DNA of 64,000 nucleotides from Felis catus (GCF_018350175.1 NC_058368.1:207578001-207642000); one strand, 5' to 3'; shown: positions 1 through 14,305, counted from the first letter of the stretch. Notes: generated by a model not told the origin, from the letters alone. Numbers and translations are program-made.

Positions 1-1062
1 TTTGGAGAAGGACCACTAGTAGCTCATAAGTCTGCTTGCCAAGCTGTGCAAAAGCCTATTCGTCCTCATCCCGCCTGCACATCCTGACCCAAAAGCCTCT
101 TCTCTCACCTGTCCCTCGGAGGAACTCCCTTCCCTGCCCTCCTGCGCCAAGGGCCTGTAGGGATGCGCCAGACAGCAGAGAATTCTCCCCTAGAACCCAT
201 TCTGAATAACCAATGTAACCAATCATCATCTTATTCTTGCTTCTCTCTCAGATAACCCTGACAACTTATGTTCTCCATCCCCTCTACCAAAAACGCACTC
301 GTCCACAAAAACATGGATAAATATTTATTAACTACCTGATTAATTCAGAGATTTATGGGGGTTGTGACCATATGTTTCATTTTGAGTTGGGAAAATATCA
401 CCATACAGCTTAGAAGAGCCTCCCCATTCATGCATACACGTACACTTTTTTTTTAAATTGTAGTAGAACAGCACATGACTTACAATTGTGCATTCTAGCA
501 TTTGACAGCTTTAAGAGAATTGTTGAAATAGATTGAAAAAAAAAAACTGGGAGGCAACCTAAGAGAGTTGGGATTATTTCAACTGGAGAAAAAGATAAAG
601 TAAGTTTATCGTTTCTGGAATATGAAACAATGTACAAGGAGTTCTGAAGGTTCTCAGAAGTATACCCCCAGGATGACAGAGCAACTTGTGGGGAATATGA
701 CCGAGAGGGAACCTAATGAAAATCCGTGATCTGAGAAAACTTCCTTTTGGGCTTCACTATCTGTTTATAAGAGAGCTGCACTTTTTAAATAACAAATTCC
801 CTGACCAAATGGTTGTAAGCAGGTGCCCTCCGGCAAAAAAGGAGAGCTTAAACTGAAGCAGGATGAATTCAGATGAGCCAAAATAAATGAGGCTCCTTTC
901 CATTGCACCTGCTTATCCAATAAGGTAGATTTCTCACGGGGAAGTGGTCTGTATCATATGCCACATTGTAAATGGCATCCCCTCTGGTTGTGCAGCAGGG
1001 CACAATCAACTTAGCTAGACTTGCTCCTTTGCCTACACAGAGCCACCTTAGAAATGAGGAGA

Positions 1063-1260
1063 GGGGCATCTGGGTGGCTCAGTCAGTTGAGCACCTGACG
1101 CTTGATTCGGCTCAGGTCATGATCTCACAGTTCATGGGTTTGAGCCCCGCGTCGGACTCTGTGCTAATAGCACAGAGCCTGGTTGGGATTCTCTCTCCAT
1201 GTCTATTTCTCTCTCCCTCTCTCCATTCATGCACTCTCTGTCTCTCTTTAAAAAAAAATG
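1063..1260 (+). mobile_element. SINEC (Can-SINE)
   Basis: tRNA-like head ggggcatctgggtggctcagtcagtt, CT-rich tract and A-rich tail. Confidence 0.9.
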
Positions 1261-1351
1261 AGAAAAAGAAATAGCATGGAATGCCACCCCAACTCCCAAC
1301 CTTGACCTCATTTCCCTCTGTTTTTACTACCTCTCCAACGCTTTAGTTTTT

Positions 1352-1799
1352 TGTTTGTTTGTTTTTTAATTTACATCCAAGTTAGCATATAGTGCAACAA
1401 TGATTTCAGGAGTAGATTCCTTAGTGCCCCTTACCCATTTAGCCCATCCCCCCTCCCACAACCCTTCCCGTGACCCTCAGTTTGTTCTCCATATTTAAGA
1501 GTCTCTTCTGTTTTGTCCTCCTCCCTGTTTTTATGTTATTGTTGCTCCCCTTCCCTTATGTTCAACTGTTTTGTCTCTTAAAAGTCCTCATATGAGGGAA
1601 GTCATATGATACTTGTCTTTCTCTAATTTCACTTAGCATAATACCCTCCAGTTCCATCCACATAGTTGCAAATGGCAAGAGTTTGTTCTTTTTGATGCTG
1701 AGTAATACTCCACTGTGTATATATACCACATCTTTTTTATCCATTTGTCCAGCGATGGCCATTTGGGCTCTTTCCATACTTTGGCTATTGTTGCTGGTG
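1352..1799 (-). mobile_element. 5'-truncated carnivore/felid L1, 3' end
   Basis: Highly similar to 41510-41945; L1 3'UTR/ORF2-end text; flanked by TSD ctccaacgctttagttttt / ctccaccactttagttttt. Confidence 0.9.
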
Positions 1800-2757
1800 C
1801 TCCACCACTTTAGTTTTTGAGAAGCAAGAAAAAGGGGAAGTAGAAGAGAAGGAGATGGGAATAAACAGGAAGGTGAGGGAATAAGCTGACCTGAGGATAA
1901 CTCCCAATTCAGGGAGGGGAACAGGAGCTTTCTACCTTGCCCATCTTTCTACCTTTCTACCTTGCCCATCTCCCAGACCCCAAAGTCCAGGAGGCCCTGA
2001 GGTGGTGACACTTTCTTTTGAGTGATCCGCTTATACCCCGGACTGCATAAGCACCCGGGGCTGATGGAACAGGCACTAGGGCACTCTCACACACAGCAGA
2101 AATATTCAGCAACCTCACACACAGCACAGTGGTTTTCAGGTGTTAGAAGGGGAAGTGGTTTGAAAGCTCAGCTGTTGGAGGCCAGAGGTAAATAAAACAA
2201 AGCCCCACCCTGACACACTCGGCTTTTTGATGGGTTTATGTTACTTACTTTTTGTTTGTTATTTTGCATCAGCCCTAGACACGATTTCTGCTGAGTGGCT
2301 GGGGCTATTGTAAAAATTACATACCAATACTTAGAGGGCTCGCTTGAGGCTTCCTTTTTCTCTCTCCTGGTAGTTCCATTTTTGACTACAGAGGCTTCGT
2401 TGTTCTCCTTGAGCTTTCTCCTCACACAATGGCTGCTCTTTATTGCCCCTTCTGCAGTAGACAGGTGGTTTGGCCACCACAAGTATTGCAAACAAATCGA
2501 TCCTAGCTTAATTAGATATTTGGAACGTTGCCAAGTTACAAGCAAATTCTTCAGAAGGGACCTGAAGAAAAGAATGAAAAATTCACCTAACAAAGGGTAA
2601 AGCGTTCCCTTATTTCTTCTCAGGCTTCCTTGAAACATATTCCCACAGTACTCTTACCTATAACGTATGGTCCAGTGGCACGAAGTACCTTTGCATCGCT
2701 AGGTACACTTGTTGATTTTTATCTTCTTGGTTTAGAGTAAACAACTCATTCTGAATC

Positions 2758-2996
2758 TTTTTTTCTTAAGTTTATTTATTTATTTTGAGAGAGGAGGGGG
2801 AGAGAGAGAGAGAGAGCGAGTATGCAAGAGCTGGAGAGGGGCAGAGAGAGGGGGAGAGAGAGAATCCCAAGCAGGCTCCATGCTGTCAGCGTAGAACCTG
2901 ATGTGGGGTTCGAACTCACCTCATGAACCACAAGATAATAACCTGAGCTGAAATCAAGAATTGGATGTTTAACTGACTGAGCCACCCAGGCGCCCC
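2758..2996 (-). mobile_element. SINEC
   Basis: T-rich tail, GA tract, ends gagccacccaggcgcccc. Confidence 0.92.
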
Positions 2997-4963
2997 TAAC
3001 TCGATTATATCAGCCAAGGTATTAGCCTTTTCTCCGATGTTTGTATGATTTGTAAATATCACAATGCTTCTCTATCTCTAAGATGAAGATGAAATGAAAA
3101 TAGTTAATAGAATAGACCTAGAGACAAAGGAAATATAGACAAGTTGATGGCAAGGCATTAGTCCACAGCCTGTGGGTGTTGTTTTAGCCTGATGCAGTTG
3201 ACTGTATTCCATTATAAATGCACGCAATACCATCTCTAAGAAACCTCTCATCTTTGTTTTAATCCTATCTTTCCAAGCACCTGTTTACTTGAATATTCCA
3301 TATCACAGGAATGGGAATATCCACAATTCCAATGGTATCCACAATACCATTTCTATCAGAACCACCCATGTTGTTTTGAAGAATAAAAGTATAATAGTCA
3401 TTTGAATTCTTGATTCACTTCTTTCCTTATATCTACTCTGGTACTGAGCACTTGAGTTCAGTGATTATCAGAATTTTTCATGTCACATCCCACACAGGCA
3501 AGGATAATATTAGATGCATTGAGTAAACCAAAAAAAAAAGTTGCTTGTGTCTGGAAGTAATTGCCCAGCGAGGCGTAGGGTGATCCCCACTGCCTCCAAG
3601 TCATTCATGATCAGTATCTCAACTCACTTATAACGTCTGGGCACACAGTCTGGGAAGCTCAAGTGTAACGCATTCTTTCTTTAAAATGTCTCTTATATTT
3701 GTCCTTTTATTTCCATTTCCACGGCTACCATTTCACTCAAGTTCACTATCTCATACTTGAATTATTATAATATCCTCCTGTTTTCCTTGCCTTTCTTCAA
3801 ATTATCTTTGGTGGTGCCACTTACTCAGTACTTTTGGCATGAGCCTACAATTGTTTCTCATTACCAATGACAGTCAAACCCAACTTCTTTTGTCAGGATT
3901 TCAAAGAAAAGAAATTCTGTGGGTGGATCCTACCCATTAAACTTGTTCCCTACTATTTCCCCCAACAACCTCTATTCAAGTTAAATTAACTTATTCATTG
4001 ACCATCACCAACATTGTCACACTTCTTATATTTGCTCTGCTTCCAGAAGATCCTGGTGGTCATAATTAATAGTTGTAATCACTTGAGTCGCCTTGTAGTC
4101 TTTAGTATGTGACTATGTGTTAGGTACTGCACCAGCCTTCATAGCAACCTTATTCCAATTTTATAGATAAGAAAGTTGAAACTCACGTTAAGTAATTTGG
4201 CCAAGGAGAAAAATTGATTAAATGGTAGAGAGCTAAAACTTTAAATCTCAGTCTGACTTCCAATGTGAGTTTGGCTTCCTCTCAACTCACAACATGTCTT
4301 TACAAACCTCTAATTTGACAATCAATAATTTGTTATCATATGATAATCCTCTGATTATTCTTTTTTGTTCTCTGATTCTTGCATTGATACATAGCTGTCT
4401 GCATTTTTATCTTTATTTGTCCAACTGGGCTGAGAATCTTTGACTGTAAAACTTGTATCCCCCATAATTCTCAGGTATTGCTTGTCTCTATGGACATGAT
4501 ATTTCAATTTCTCAATTTCTGAATTTTTGCCAAAGCATTATAGTTCCTCCTCAAGAGATTGGGTTGACACTAATGACCTTTACTTTCTGTATTTGCTTTC
4601 ATTCTTTTGCCAAAGTTATTTAATACCTTAATTTTTCAATTTCTAGATTGTTATAATATCAAAAAGCCCTAGTGTCTTCTTTAGTCTATGAAAGTCCAGA
4701 ATGTCCAGTAGATTTTCCAAGACATATTTTGTCTTTAAATTAGATATTTAATCGCATATTCTAATGTTTGTTTTTAAATCCATTCTTAACCTCAGAGCTA
4801 AGTAAGTAATATAATCATCTCATTAACCCAGATTTGAGCCTTAGTAGCAATATGAATAATATTATTTAATATAAAAGTATCATTTAAAATCCTGCATGCT
4901 TAGAATTTATGTGTCTGAGAGGTTTAGAAACAAAGGTTTCTTGATTGGTCTGATCCTCTGAAA

Positions 4964-5170
4964 CTGTGCTATCCAATACCGTGCCTACTAGCCTCATGTG
5001 ACTATTTAAATTTTAATTAATTAAAATTAAATACAATTTAAAATTCAGTTTTTCAGTTGCATTAACCACATTTCAAGTGTCCAGTAACAGAAGATGGTTA
5101 ATGACTACCGTATTAAACAACACAGATAAAGAATATTTCTACATCACAAAAAATCCTATTGGACAGCACT
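4964..5170 (-). mobile_element. MER3-like hAT-Charlie MITE
   Basis: TIR-like ends ctgtgctatccaata / tattggacagcact around an AT-rich core typical of MER3. Confidence 0.8.
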
Positions 5171-5300
5171 TCTCTAGAAACTTATCAACAGTTCTGTTGA
5201 GAAATATATATTTGATGTCACTGATAGCAGCTGATAACACATTAGCTATAGGTTTCTGCAATAAGTAGCTGTCATACATTAGGGGTTAATCCATCTTTTT

Positions 5301-5512
5301 TCTTTATAATGTTTATTCATTTTTGAGAGATGGAGAGAGGCAGAGCATGACTCAGGGAAGGTCAGAGAGAGAGGGAGACACAGAATCTGAAGCAGGCTCC
5401 AGGCTCTGAGCTGTCAGCACAGAGCCCGATGCGGGACTTGAACCCACGGACCGTGAGATCACTACCTGAGCCAAAGTTGGACATTCAACCGACTGAGCCA
5501 CCGAGGCGCCCC
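5301..5512 (-). mobile_element. SINEC
   Basis: Full antisense copy; flanking direct repeat atccatctttt. Confidence 0.92.
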
Positions 5513-6292
5513 AGTGTTCATCCATCTTTTAAGCACTCAGCATAACACCTTGTGCCTAATAAGTGCTCAAAAATGTTTAACATGTGTTTGTAGACTAAAG
5601 ATGGTTCTTTACTCAGTTACCTGGTATCATAGTATATATTTGTTTTAAAAGTAAAGATTTCAGCAGCAGAAAGAAACAACCTATTCTATAAGGAAGTAGT
5701 CTACATTTCATGAATTCTGCCAAAATGCTCAATGTAAATCTGTGGCAAATCGTTGACAGCCCTCTGCCCTGCTTGGACAGCTGTGGATGACATCTGCATC
5801 AAATCAGCCAAGAGTTATTTATTTTTGAAATGTGCACTGACCTGCTTCTAAGCCCAAAGGGTAAAAATGTCACCTTTGTTCATTTCTCAAGAAAAATATT
5901 TTTAAGATCTGTGCTGACTGTGAAAGGAAAAGCTGCTCCTTGGGGTGTTATCCATAATTCCCTCCTCATTTCAGACTTTCTGGCAGTCATCATTTCTGCC
6001 CCATTCGTAGCTGTGATATGAACAGAAAGCAATTCCATTGCCACACAAGCCACATTGGTCTCTCTTCTTCCAAGGAATTTAAATTGATTGTTAAGTTTTT
6101 GTTTATGTACTGTGTGATTTTGTAATTATCTTAGTATTTCAAGGACTGTGAGCTTCTTGACACAATAGAACTGTTTGATTCAGTCTTACAGTTCTATTAC
6201 CTAGGACATGGCCCCATAAAAGACAATCAATACTTTTACATATATAAATTAATGAAGATTAACAAATGTGTAACCTTGATTGGAATTGATGG

Positions 6293-6560
6293 TTTTTGTT
6301 TTTTGGTTTTGTTTTGTTTTATTTCATTGTTTTTTGTTTTGTTTTGTTTTTTTGTTTTTTGTGGGTTTTTTTGGGAGAGAGAGAGAGACAGCATGCACGT
6401 AAGAGAGGCAGAGAGAGAGGGAGGGAGAGAGAATCTTAGGCAGGCTCCACGCCCAGCACAGAACCCAACTCCGGGCTTGCTGGATCTTGTGACTGTGAGA
6501 TCATGACCTGAGCCAAATCAAGAGTCAGACACTTAACCGACCAAGTCACCAGGAGCTTCC
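6293..6560 (-). mobile_element. SINEC (older) with long GTTTT-type tail
   Basis: gagatcatgacctgagcc core, GA tract, degenerate head. Confidence 0.85.
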
Positions 6561-6864
6561 AGAATTGTCTTTTAAGTATCAATAATATTTTACTAATTAC
6601 AATTAAAAACAAAACAATTTTAATGAGTGACCTTTTCTCAGATTCCTCATAAGTCCATGTAAAATAAGACTGATATATGTAATGATGGAGTAATTATTAT
6701 GGAACTAGGTAGAAAATTCTGTTAGGGTACCTAGAAAGAAGACTGGATATCATCAAACATTTGGAGTCCACAGTTAGTTTATTTGAAGAATCATCACAAA
6801 TAACAGGAAAGCCCAAGTTCCCTGGAAACAAATCTGGCACATAAAATCTAGAGAAGGGCTAGAG

Positions 6865-7431
6865 CAGCGGTTCTCAATGTGGTCTGAGGAGCCTCAGGGA
6901 TCACCAAATCCTTTCCAGGGCATCCACAAGGTCAAAACTATCTACATAATAATACTAACATGTTATTTGCCCTTTTCATTCTCATTCTTTCATGATCATT
7001 CGGTGGAATTTTCCAGAGGCTACCTAATTATGTGGAAAAGCTTTTAAGATATTCTTCCCTTTTCCAACTACATATCTGTGTGAGACCATATCTTCATATA
7101 ATTCAACCAAAACAATATGTCACAACAGACTGAATGGAGACCAAACATGAGCATACAGCTGTTTTCTATTACACCATACATTAAAGACATTTGCAAAAAT
7201 GTAGAACAGTGCTGTGCCTCTCCCTAAACTTTTTGTTTTGGAAACCAAACTTTTCATAAAAGTGTTATTCACGTTAATATGTAACGACTTATTACTGTTA
7301 TTTTAAATGAGTCACTCAATAAACAAACATTGTCTCAGTTATTACCCACAATAACAGAAGCTCCTTGAGGCCGTCCGATAATTTTTAAGCATGCAAAGCG
7401 GTCTTGAAACCAAAGAGTTTGAGAACTACTG
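6865..7431 (+). mobile_element. Charlie1-derived non-autonomous hAT element (Charlie1b-like)
   Basis: TIRs cagcggttctcaa / ttgagaactactg; CTAGA-containing target sites ggctagag / ctctagac; internal sequence matches the recalled Charlie1b. Confidence 0.8.
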
Positions 7432-8078
7432 CTCTAGACTATGGTGAGTACAGAGAGAAGATAAATGGGCTCCCAGACAATGATTAACTCAAGAAGAGAA
7501 AGATCAAATAGAACACTCTTTCTAAGTTGGCCAGACTCTACTAAAGATGCTGACCATGGTTCTTCATCCAATCAACTAAATTACCCACAGCTTTTTGGAG
7601 GCTACATCTAAGTCTTCCTTTACTCTCTTCTCATAAACCAAACCATTCATTTGCCCAGCCAAGTATTAGCTAGCTCTTACCAGTTGCATACAAATTGTTT
7701 TCTCTCATACAATATGTACTCTAAAATGCTGCATTTACAATGGTTTCAAACGAGCACTCAATTTTACGTTACAGAGATGGTTGGGGCTGCCAGCAGCTGG
7801 GGCTGAGGTTGGATATGTGGTAGTGGCACACACATACCATTTCTGAGACCTGATGCACATCATCCATGGGCTATTGCAAAGAGAATGGGTAGACCAGTGT
7901 CCAAAACAGTCCCAACTCATTTTCCCAGTAGCTTATTAGTTTGTTTAGTGTCATATGATTTATATTTTTAGATAACATGAGCTAATATCAGGAAAGTTTA
8001 TATTAAATTGGTCCCTTTTGTAAAATACTTCAATGTCCAATTTTTTTAAATCTGACTTAACTAAAGGGCATTGGCATG

Positions 8079-8080
<2 letters not shown>

Positions 8081-8120
<40 letters not shown>
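8081..8120. repeat. (TG)20 microsatellite
   Basis: Direct read. Confidence 0.98.
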
Positions 8121-8124
<4 letters not shown>

Positions 8125-8914
8125 CATGTATGTATGATCTCAAGTATCTTTCAATCTCCTTCTTTCAACCACTCTTATCTTTGGCTCAGAGGAAGGTCAT
8201 CATTTCTGACTGATGTACACTGATCCATTCACCAGGAGCTCAGAGCAAGGCCAGTTTGAGAACATACTTCTCAGTGTCTCAGTAGCTTCTCTCTATCTTG
8301 CATCCTGCTTAAAATCACTTTTCAAGTCCTATCACCTATGTAACAATCTATTATTGCTTGGGTGACCCAATCTTACCTAGAGGCCATCTCAAAGGCATCC
8401 CACACCAGGCTGATGGCAATGTGGTCTAGTGACTGAACCCAGCTGGACAGAGTACAGCTGGGAATTGCTGATTCTGTGAGAACTTAGACTTCCCTGTCTC
8501 AGTTCCTGGCTCTGTGAAAGAGAAATATTTGGCTGTACCTCTGTTTACCTCCCAGCCATGTAAGAAGAATTTTGAGAATTATGTAGCCTTTGAGCAACTC
8601 CGGATTAGCACTTCATCCAATCCAAACAATCCTTCTCCCAGTATTTACACTGTTTTCTACCCATGCCTCAAATGGCATTTCTGAATCATTCTAATGCATG
8701 GTAATTTCTCACATCTGGCCTGCTTATTTTGCATTTGAAATATACTGCCCTATAATAGTATTGTTCTATGAATTTTCCAGAAATACATCATCTGTCTTCC
8801 AAACAGCCTTGAGTTTCTTGAGGGCAGAGGTTCTGTCTTATTCATCTTTGACCACAGCACCAGACAGAATGCTTTGTAGCCTGAAAGGTACTCAGATACA
8901 AAAGACTGACCCAA

Positions 8915-9110
8915 CATTTATTCCATACCTGCCATGTGCCAGGCATTGTGCCAGGTGGTTTTGCATATATTGTGTAATTTAATCCTTGAATTGGGTGAAA
9001 GGACTTGTCCAAGGTAACACGGCAATCTGAGAGCGACGATGGTTGGGGCTGGCAGCTGAAGCTTTTGGCTCTGAGCTGAGCAATATTTTTTCTGTTTCAT
9101 CACACTGCCT
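8915..9110 (-). mobile_element. MIR fragment
   Basis: tgtgccaggcattgtgccagg...acttgtccaaggtaacac core-like sequence. Confidence 0.6.
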
Positions 9111-9326
9111 CCCCCAGTACATAAGTCTTAATAGCTATTCTCATCTTTTCTTTCTTCCTCCTCTTCCTAATCAATATCAATCAATATCAGAATATAAAAC
9201 TTGAATATATTTTCCTTTTAAGACAGAAAGATATTTGTACAAGATTATGCTCTATTCTTATTATGGCTTGCCTGAGGCCATCAGTCATTCTACTCTCTCA
9301 CTAATACTATAGCCTAATAATTTTTC

Positions 9327-9555
9327 TTTTTTTTTTTTTTTAATTTTTTTTTCAACGTTTATTTATTTTTGGGACAGAGAGAGACAGAGCTTGAACGGGG
9401 GAGGGGCAGAGAGAGAGGGAGACACAGAATCGGAAACAGGCTCCAGGCTCCGAGCCATCAGCCCAGAGCCTGATGCGGGGCTCGAACTCACGGACCGCGA
9501 GATCGTGACCTGGCTGAAGTCGGACGCTTAACCGACTGCGCCACCCAGGCGCCCC
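9327..9555 (-). mobile_element. Young SINEC_Fc
   Basis: CpG-rich; perfect 16-bp TSD agcctaataatttttc (9311-9326, 9557-9572). Confidence 0.96.
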
Positions 9556-9587
9556 AAGCCTAATAATTTTTCAATGGTGGGATGCTG

Positions 9588-9710
9588 GAGCACTTGAGTG
9601 GCTCAGTCAGTTAAGCATCTAACTCTTAATTTTGACTCAGGTCATGATCTTGCTGTCGTGGGATCGAACCTCATGTTGGGCTCTGCACTGGGTGTGAAGC
9701 CTACTAGGTC

Positions 9711-9748
<38 letters not shown>

Positions 9749-9810
9749 CCTTTCCCTCTCACTCTAAATAAATAAATCAGTCAGTCAGTCAGCAAGCAAG
9801 CAAGCAAGGC
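9588..9810 (+). mobile_element. SINEC (older)
   Basis: Degenerate head, (CT)n tract and compound tetranucleotide tail. Confidence 0.88.
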
Positions 9811-10579
9811 AATTCCAAGTATATACATCAGAGGGTTGTGTAGGGGAAACAAGAGGTTCTCACATACCCATCCCCTCCTCTACTAGAGTGGTTTTAACTT
9901 ATATCTATTTTAACACAAATTTCATTTGGAAGAAAGTCTTGTACAACTTTAAAAAATCTTGAAATCTTCTAAAACCCAATCTCAGGCCTTGGGTGCTGTG
10001 TTGTTATAGGCAACACTCTCAGCAAAGAGGTAAGATCCGGCCTAACCATTACTAGATATCCTATGCTATACAGGTCAGAATTTGGAGAAGACCAAACATT
10101 CATCTGGCAGGACTATCCCAGTCATGCAACTATGGAGGGCAAACTCACTTCACCAAATTTATGCCTTAAGGAATGCTACCAAATTGTACATGCACTAAAA
10201 CATTTCCTCTATTGGTCTGCTATAGCAATATCTGAATCCCTACCCACAAGGCCTGAGATTCTAGTAATTATAAACTCTAGAGGAAACACTATACAGAAAA
10301 AAACAAAAACAAAAAACAGTGTATTTACGGATCCAAAGACTGGGAATCAAATCCTGCCTTAGCTGTTAATTTCTCTGTCTGTCCATCACTGAAATGGAGA
10401 TGACAATCCATGCTTCAATATTTAGTATGTTTTCAGCAAATTTTCTCTGGATAGATAGATAGACATTTGAATGGATAGGCAGACAGGTGGATGGACAATT
10501 GGATAGCCATTGAGCATATGTAAAATTTTCTGACATATAACTATATCACTTACAGTATAATCAAAAGGCCAGATTTCAT

Positions 10580-11024
10580 ATCTTAAAGCAACACAAATCT
10601 ATTCTCTTATAGTTTCATAAGTCAGAAGTCTAAAACGGATCTCACTGAGTCAAAATCAAGGTTCAAGCTGTGTGTGTTCCTTCTGGAAGTCTCACGGAGA
10701 ATTCATTTCCTTACTTCTTCCAGCTTCTAGAGGCTGCCTATATTCCTTGGCTTATGGCTTCCTTCTATCATCAAAGAAAATAATGGTTGGTGCAGCCTTT
10801 CTCAAGCTGCATCACTCTGGTATTGACATTCCTGCCTCCCTCTTCTCTGCATAAGACTCTTATAGTACGTTAGGCCAACCAAGATAGTCCAAAATAGTCT
10901 CCTTATCTCAAGATCCTTGACTTAATTGTTTTCCTGCAAATTCCCCTTTGCCATATAAGGTAGCATATTAATCATCTAGGGTTAAGAGGTGGACATCTTT
11001 GGGGGACCATTATTTGCCTACCAC
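10580..11024 (-). mobile_element. MLT1 (ERVL-MaLR) solo LTR
   Basis: Motifs cttccagcttctagaggctgcc, ccttatctcaagatccttgacttaat, and end tttgcctaccaca. Confidence 0.8.
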
Positions 11025-11069
11025 ACTATGAGATGGTTTAGGTTATATTGGGAGTAGTGTAAGGTGACT

Positions 11070-11244
11070 CAGAGATTCTTGTTCTTGATTGACCATTAGA
11101 ATCATTTAGGAACTTTAAAGAAAACAAATGCCCAGGCACTCACCCAAATACTGTGATTTAACTGGACCACATAGACCTAGCCATCAGCATTTCCTAAAAG
11201 TACCCCAGATTACTCTATTGTGAAGGCATGTTTGAAAACTACTG
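11070..11244. mobile_element. MER5-like MITE
   Basis: cattagaatcatttagg...aaatgcccagg...tttgaaaactactg. Confidence 0.65.
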
Positions 11245-11248
11245 GGTG

Positions 11249-11489
11249 GGGGCGCTTGGGTGGCTCAGTCGGTTAAGCGCTCCACTTCAGTTCAGGTCAT
11301 GATCTTGCTACTCATGGGTTTGAGCCCTGCCTGGGGCTCTATGCTGACAGCTCAGAGCCTGGAGCCTGATTTGGATTCTGTGTCTTCCTCTGTCTCTGCC
11401 CCTCGCCTGCTCGCGCGCTGGTTCTCTCTCTCTCTCTCTCTCTCTCTCAAAAATAAACATTTAAAAAAATTTTTAAAAAGGAAAAAAAG
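11249..11489 (+). mobile_element. SINEC
   Basis: Full copy; TSD aaaactactgggtg / aaagccactgggtg. Confidence 0.93.
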
Positions 11490-13479
11490 AAAGCCACTGG
11501 GTGTATTTAAGAAAGTGGATTTGGACCATCACACAAACTTAAGTTTAAGAGCCTCTTCAGCCCCTTAGGTTACTCACTTTACCTTTCCAAACCAGAGTAC
11601 CCTTATCTATAAAATGGGCATAATAATTATATAAGGACTAAATTAGGTATTATATATAAAATTCTGGGTGCTTGCCTGGCATATGTTAATCACCCAATAA
11701 AAGGTAGCTGTAATTATGAATTTTATAGTGTGGGTCAAATTATGTCCCTAAGTTATGGCAAAAATAAATATCAAAAGTGAATCTCCAGGGATATACCCCA
11801 AACTCACCCCTCTTGATCAGACTCAAAGGAGCTTAGAGCTCTAACTCATTCTGCTTAGATCATCTGCAAACTGACACAGCTCAGGAGAGTTGTTAGTTGT
11901 TCATTTGGTTCTGGCAAAGGCTGATTTCTCCTCGGATTTTTCTCCTTTCATAGCTACTCCCTTCGCACAACACAGACTAGGTCTGTGGGACAAATCAGAT
12001 TAGCATCATGTGCAGACAACCAGTTGTCTCCATTTGTCAACTTAAGGAATGATATATGCCCTGAGTCCCAACCCAGGACAGTCCTTAGTCCTACTGGTGC
12101 ATTATGTCTTTCCTCTAGTAAGAGAGTATCAGCCCCTGTCCTCTAAAAGACCCAGTTCACATTCCTAGAATCCCCAGCCCAGCCCCAGCCCAGCCCATGA
12201 CGTGGGACATTCGATCAGAACTGACCCCAGTCCATGTGCAGCAGCCATACCCTGTCCCATGGAGAAATGAGATGCTTTGCATGATGCCACCACAAAGGAA
12301 AGCCCCTACACTATCCCATTTTATTTTCATTCATTGCTGAGATTAGAATGCACAAAAAGAACCATTCTAATTTTATAGTGAGAAAAGGCTATATTTAACT
12401 AAATCCCAGAGAAGTCATCAATTGTAGTACTGAGTGTTTTTAAATTTTATTAGCTTCCAAAATAAAAAAAAAAAAAGAGAGAGATTACATCATAAGTGAG
12501 GGATCTTGCTTTATTAACTTCTGGAGTCAAAAAAAAGAGAAAAAGAGAAGGGAAATTATATCACATATAAGAAAGACCTCATACATTTTTTTGTCTTGTA
12601 TTTTCCTTTGCTAGCCTCTGTTTTTTAGCTTCTGGGGAATTAAGGGGAAATACCACATCAAAAAATATTGACTCTGGTGATTTAAAATTAAAATTTGTGG
12701 CTCTTAGTATTAAGGAAAACCGGAGCCTCATGATTCTATTTCCTCTTCCTTCAGTTCTTGAAAGAGGCTGGCAGCACATTGCTGTAAGTGACAGTATTTC
12801 CAAAGTTGGCCTGTCAGTGGTGTAGAGCACTTTTGGAAATCTTTCTATCCCTCGTGAGGCAGAAGCCACGTTTTGCTTTGTCATTTTGGAGAATTTTTTT
12901 AAATACAAAAAAATAATAGTAAGCAGCACAAAGAAATGTATAACACCAATGGGTCCATCCACCAAGAAGTCTCATCTTTGTTTGAAGTCTTTTCCAATCT
13001 GAAATGAATAAACAGTAGGATTAAGTTGAAGTCAGTCATCATCCCCCCCCCCCAGTTCCGTTTCCCACCATTGCTTCCCCAAGACAGTCTCTATTGTGAT
13101 CTCACTGTGACTCTTTTGAGGTTGCTTTTTTGTCTACTAGCAAAGGTCAGTTCTGCTCATCCTGACTTGTGTGACCAGGACCCCAAGCCCCAGAAGCTGG
13201 AGACAATGACTGCTCCAGTTAAGAGTCACCCCCGGCTGTTGACTGGATCTTTCACTTCATACAGATCTGGTTACTGACCCCGGAAGAGATGCCCTAGGTT
13301 TTGTGTGTGTGCCAAGGACAGACATGGCCTACACAACCAGCTCAAGCCTTCTGTTTTCTGGTTCCCATGTGGGCTTCTCAAGGTGAAAGGCCTTCCCCAG
13401 CAAAAGGCACTTTAGGTCAGTCTTACTGAATTCAAGAGAAACAACCCAATGAAGAGAATCCAGCAGAATTTCAAGGGCT

Positions 13480-14240
13480 CTTGGGTTGCAAGTCAAATGC
13501 TTCCTGGGCCAGACAGATGATTTCAATGAGCCAAATAGTTACAGCAAAACATGGAGGCCCGGTGAAGTTCCAGCGAATTGTTGCACTGAGAAACCAGACT
13601 TTTCAAGGAAAGTCAAAAATCTGAATGTTTACATGAAATCACTCTAGTTTTTACATTCCCCATTTTTTAAATATATTTAAAGCCTTAAATCTACAATAAA
13701 GCTTAAGCAATAGTATAGCAAACAACCATATTCCCTTCAGCTAGATTCACCCAAAGGTTAACACTTTGCCACATTATACATATATGTAGAATGATTTTCT
13801 GAACCATTTGAAAGTTAGCTGTGCAAATTATGACAATCATTCCTGAAAATTTAAGCATACATCACCTTAATAACAAGGGCAGTCTCCATTTTAACGATAA
13901 TACCATTATCACACCTAAGAAAAGTAAAAATTTCTTTATCATTTAATTGCCCACTTTAAAATTTCTCCAGTTGTCCCAACATTATTCTATAATTTTGTTT
14001 TGTTCAAACCAGGATCCAATCAAGCTGTACATACTGCATTTTATTATATCCCTTTGGCATCTTTTAATCTAGAAGAGTTCCCCTACCTTTTTATGTTTTT
14101 CAAAACTATTTTTAATTGTTGCTAATGAATATGATTTATATGAATTTGTGTATGTGTGTGTACGCATCCTGGTACACACAGGCCACAAAAGCAGGTCCAC
14201 ACTCCAGATTCATGCTGGGAGGCCTATCTCTGCACCCAGG
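13480..14240. mobile_element. MER102-like DNA element split by an old L1 (L1MC-like) 3' fragment at ~13660-14110 (- strand)
   Basis: MER102-like 5' part (tcaaatgcttcctgggccagacag...tgaaatcactctagttttt) and 3' part (~14170-14240) flank L1MC-type text (ccaggatccaatcaag). Confidence 0.55.
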
Positions 14241-14270
14241 TATGGTCCATCCAAAGTCCCACTTCCAAAA

Positions 14271-14272
<2 letters not shown>

Positions 14273-14301
<29 letters not shown>
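14273..14301. repeat. (AT)14 microsatellite
   Basis: Direct read. Confidence 0.95.

Positions 14302-14305
<4 letters not shown>

Noticed and set aside
2168..2638. 156-aa (-) and 101-aa (+) ORFs
   Set aside because: No recognisable domain, coding bias or splice context.
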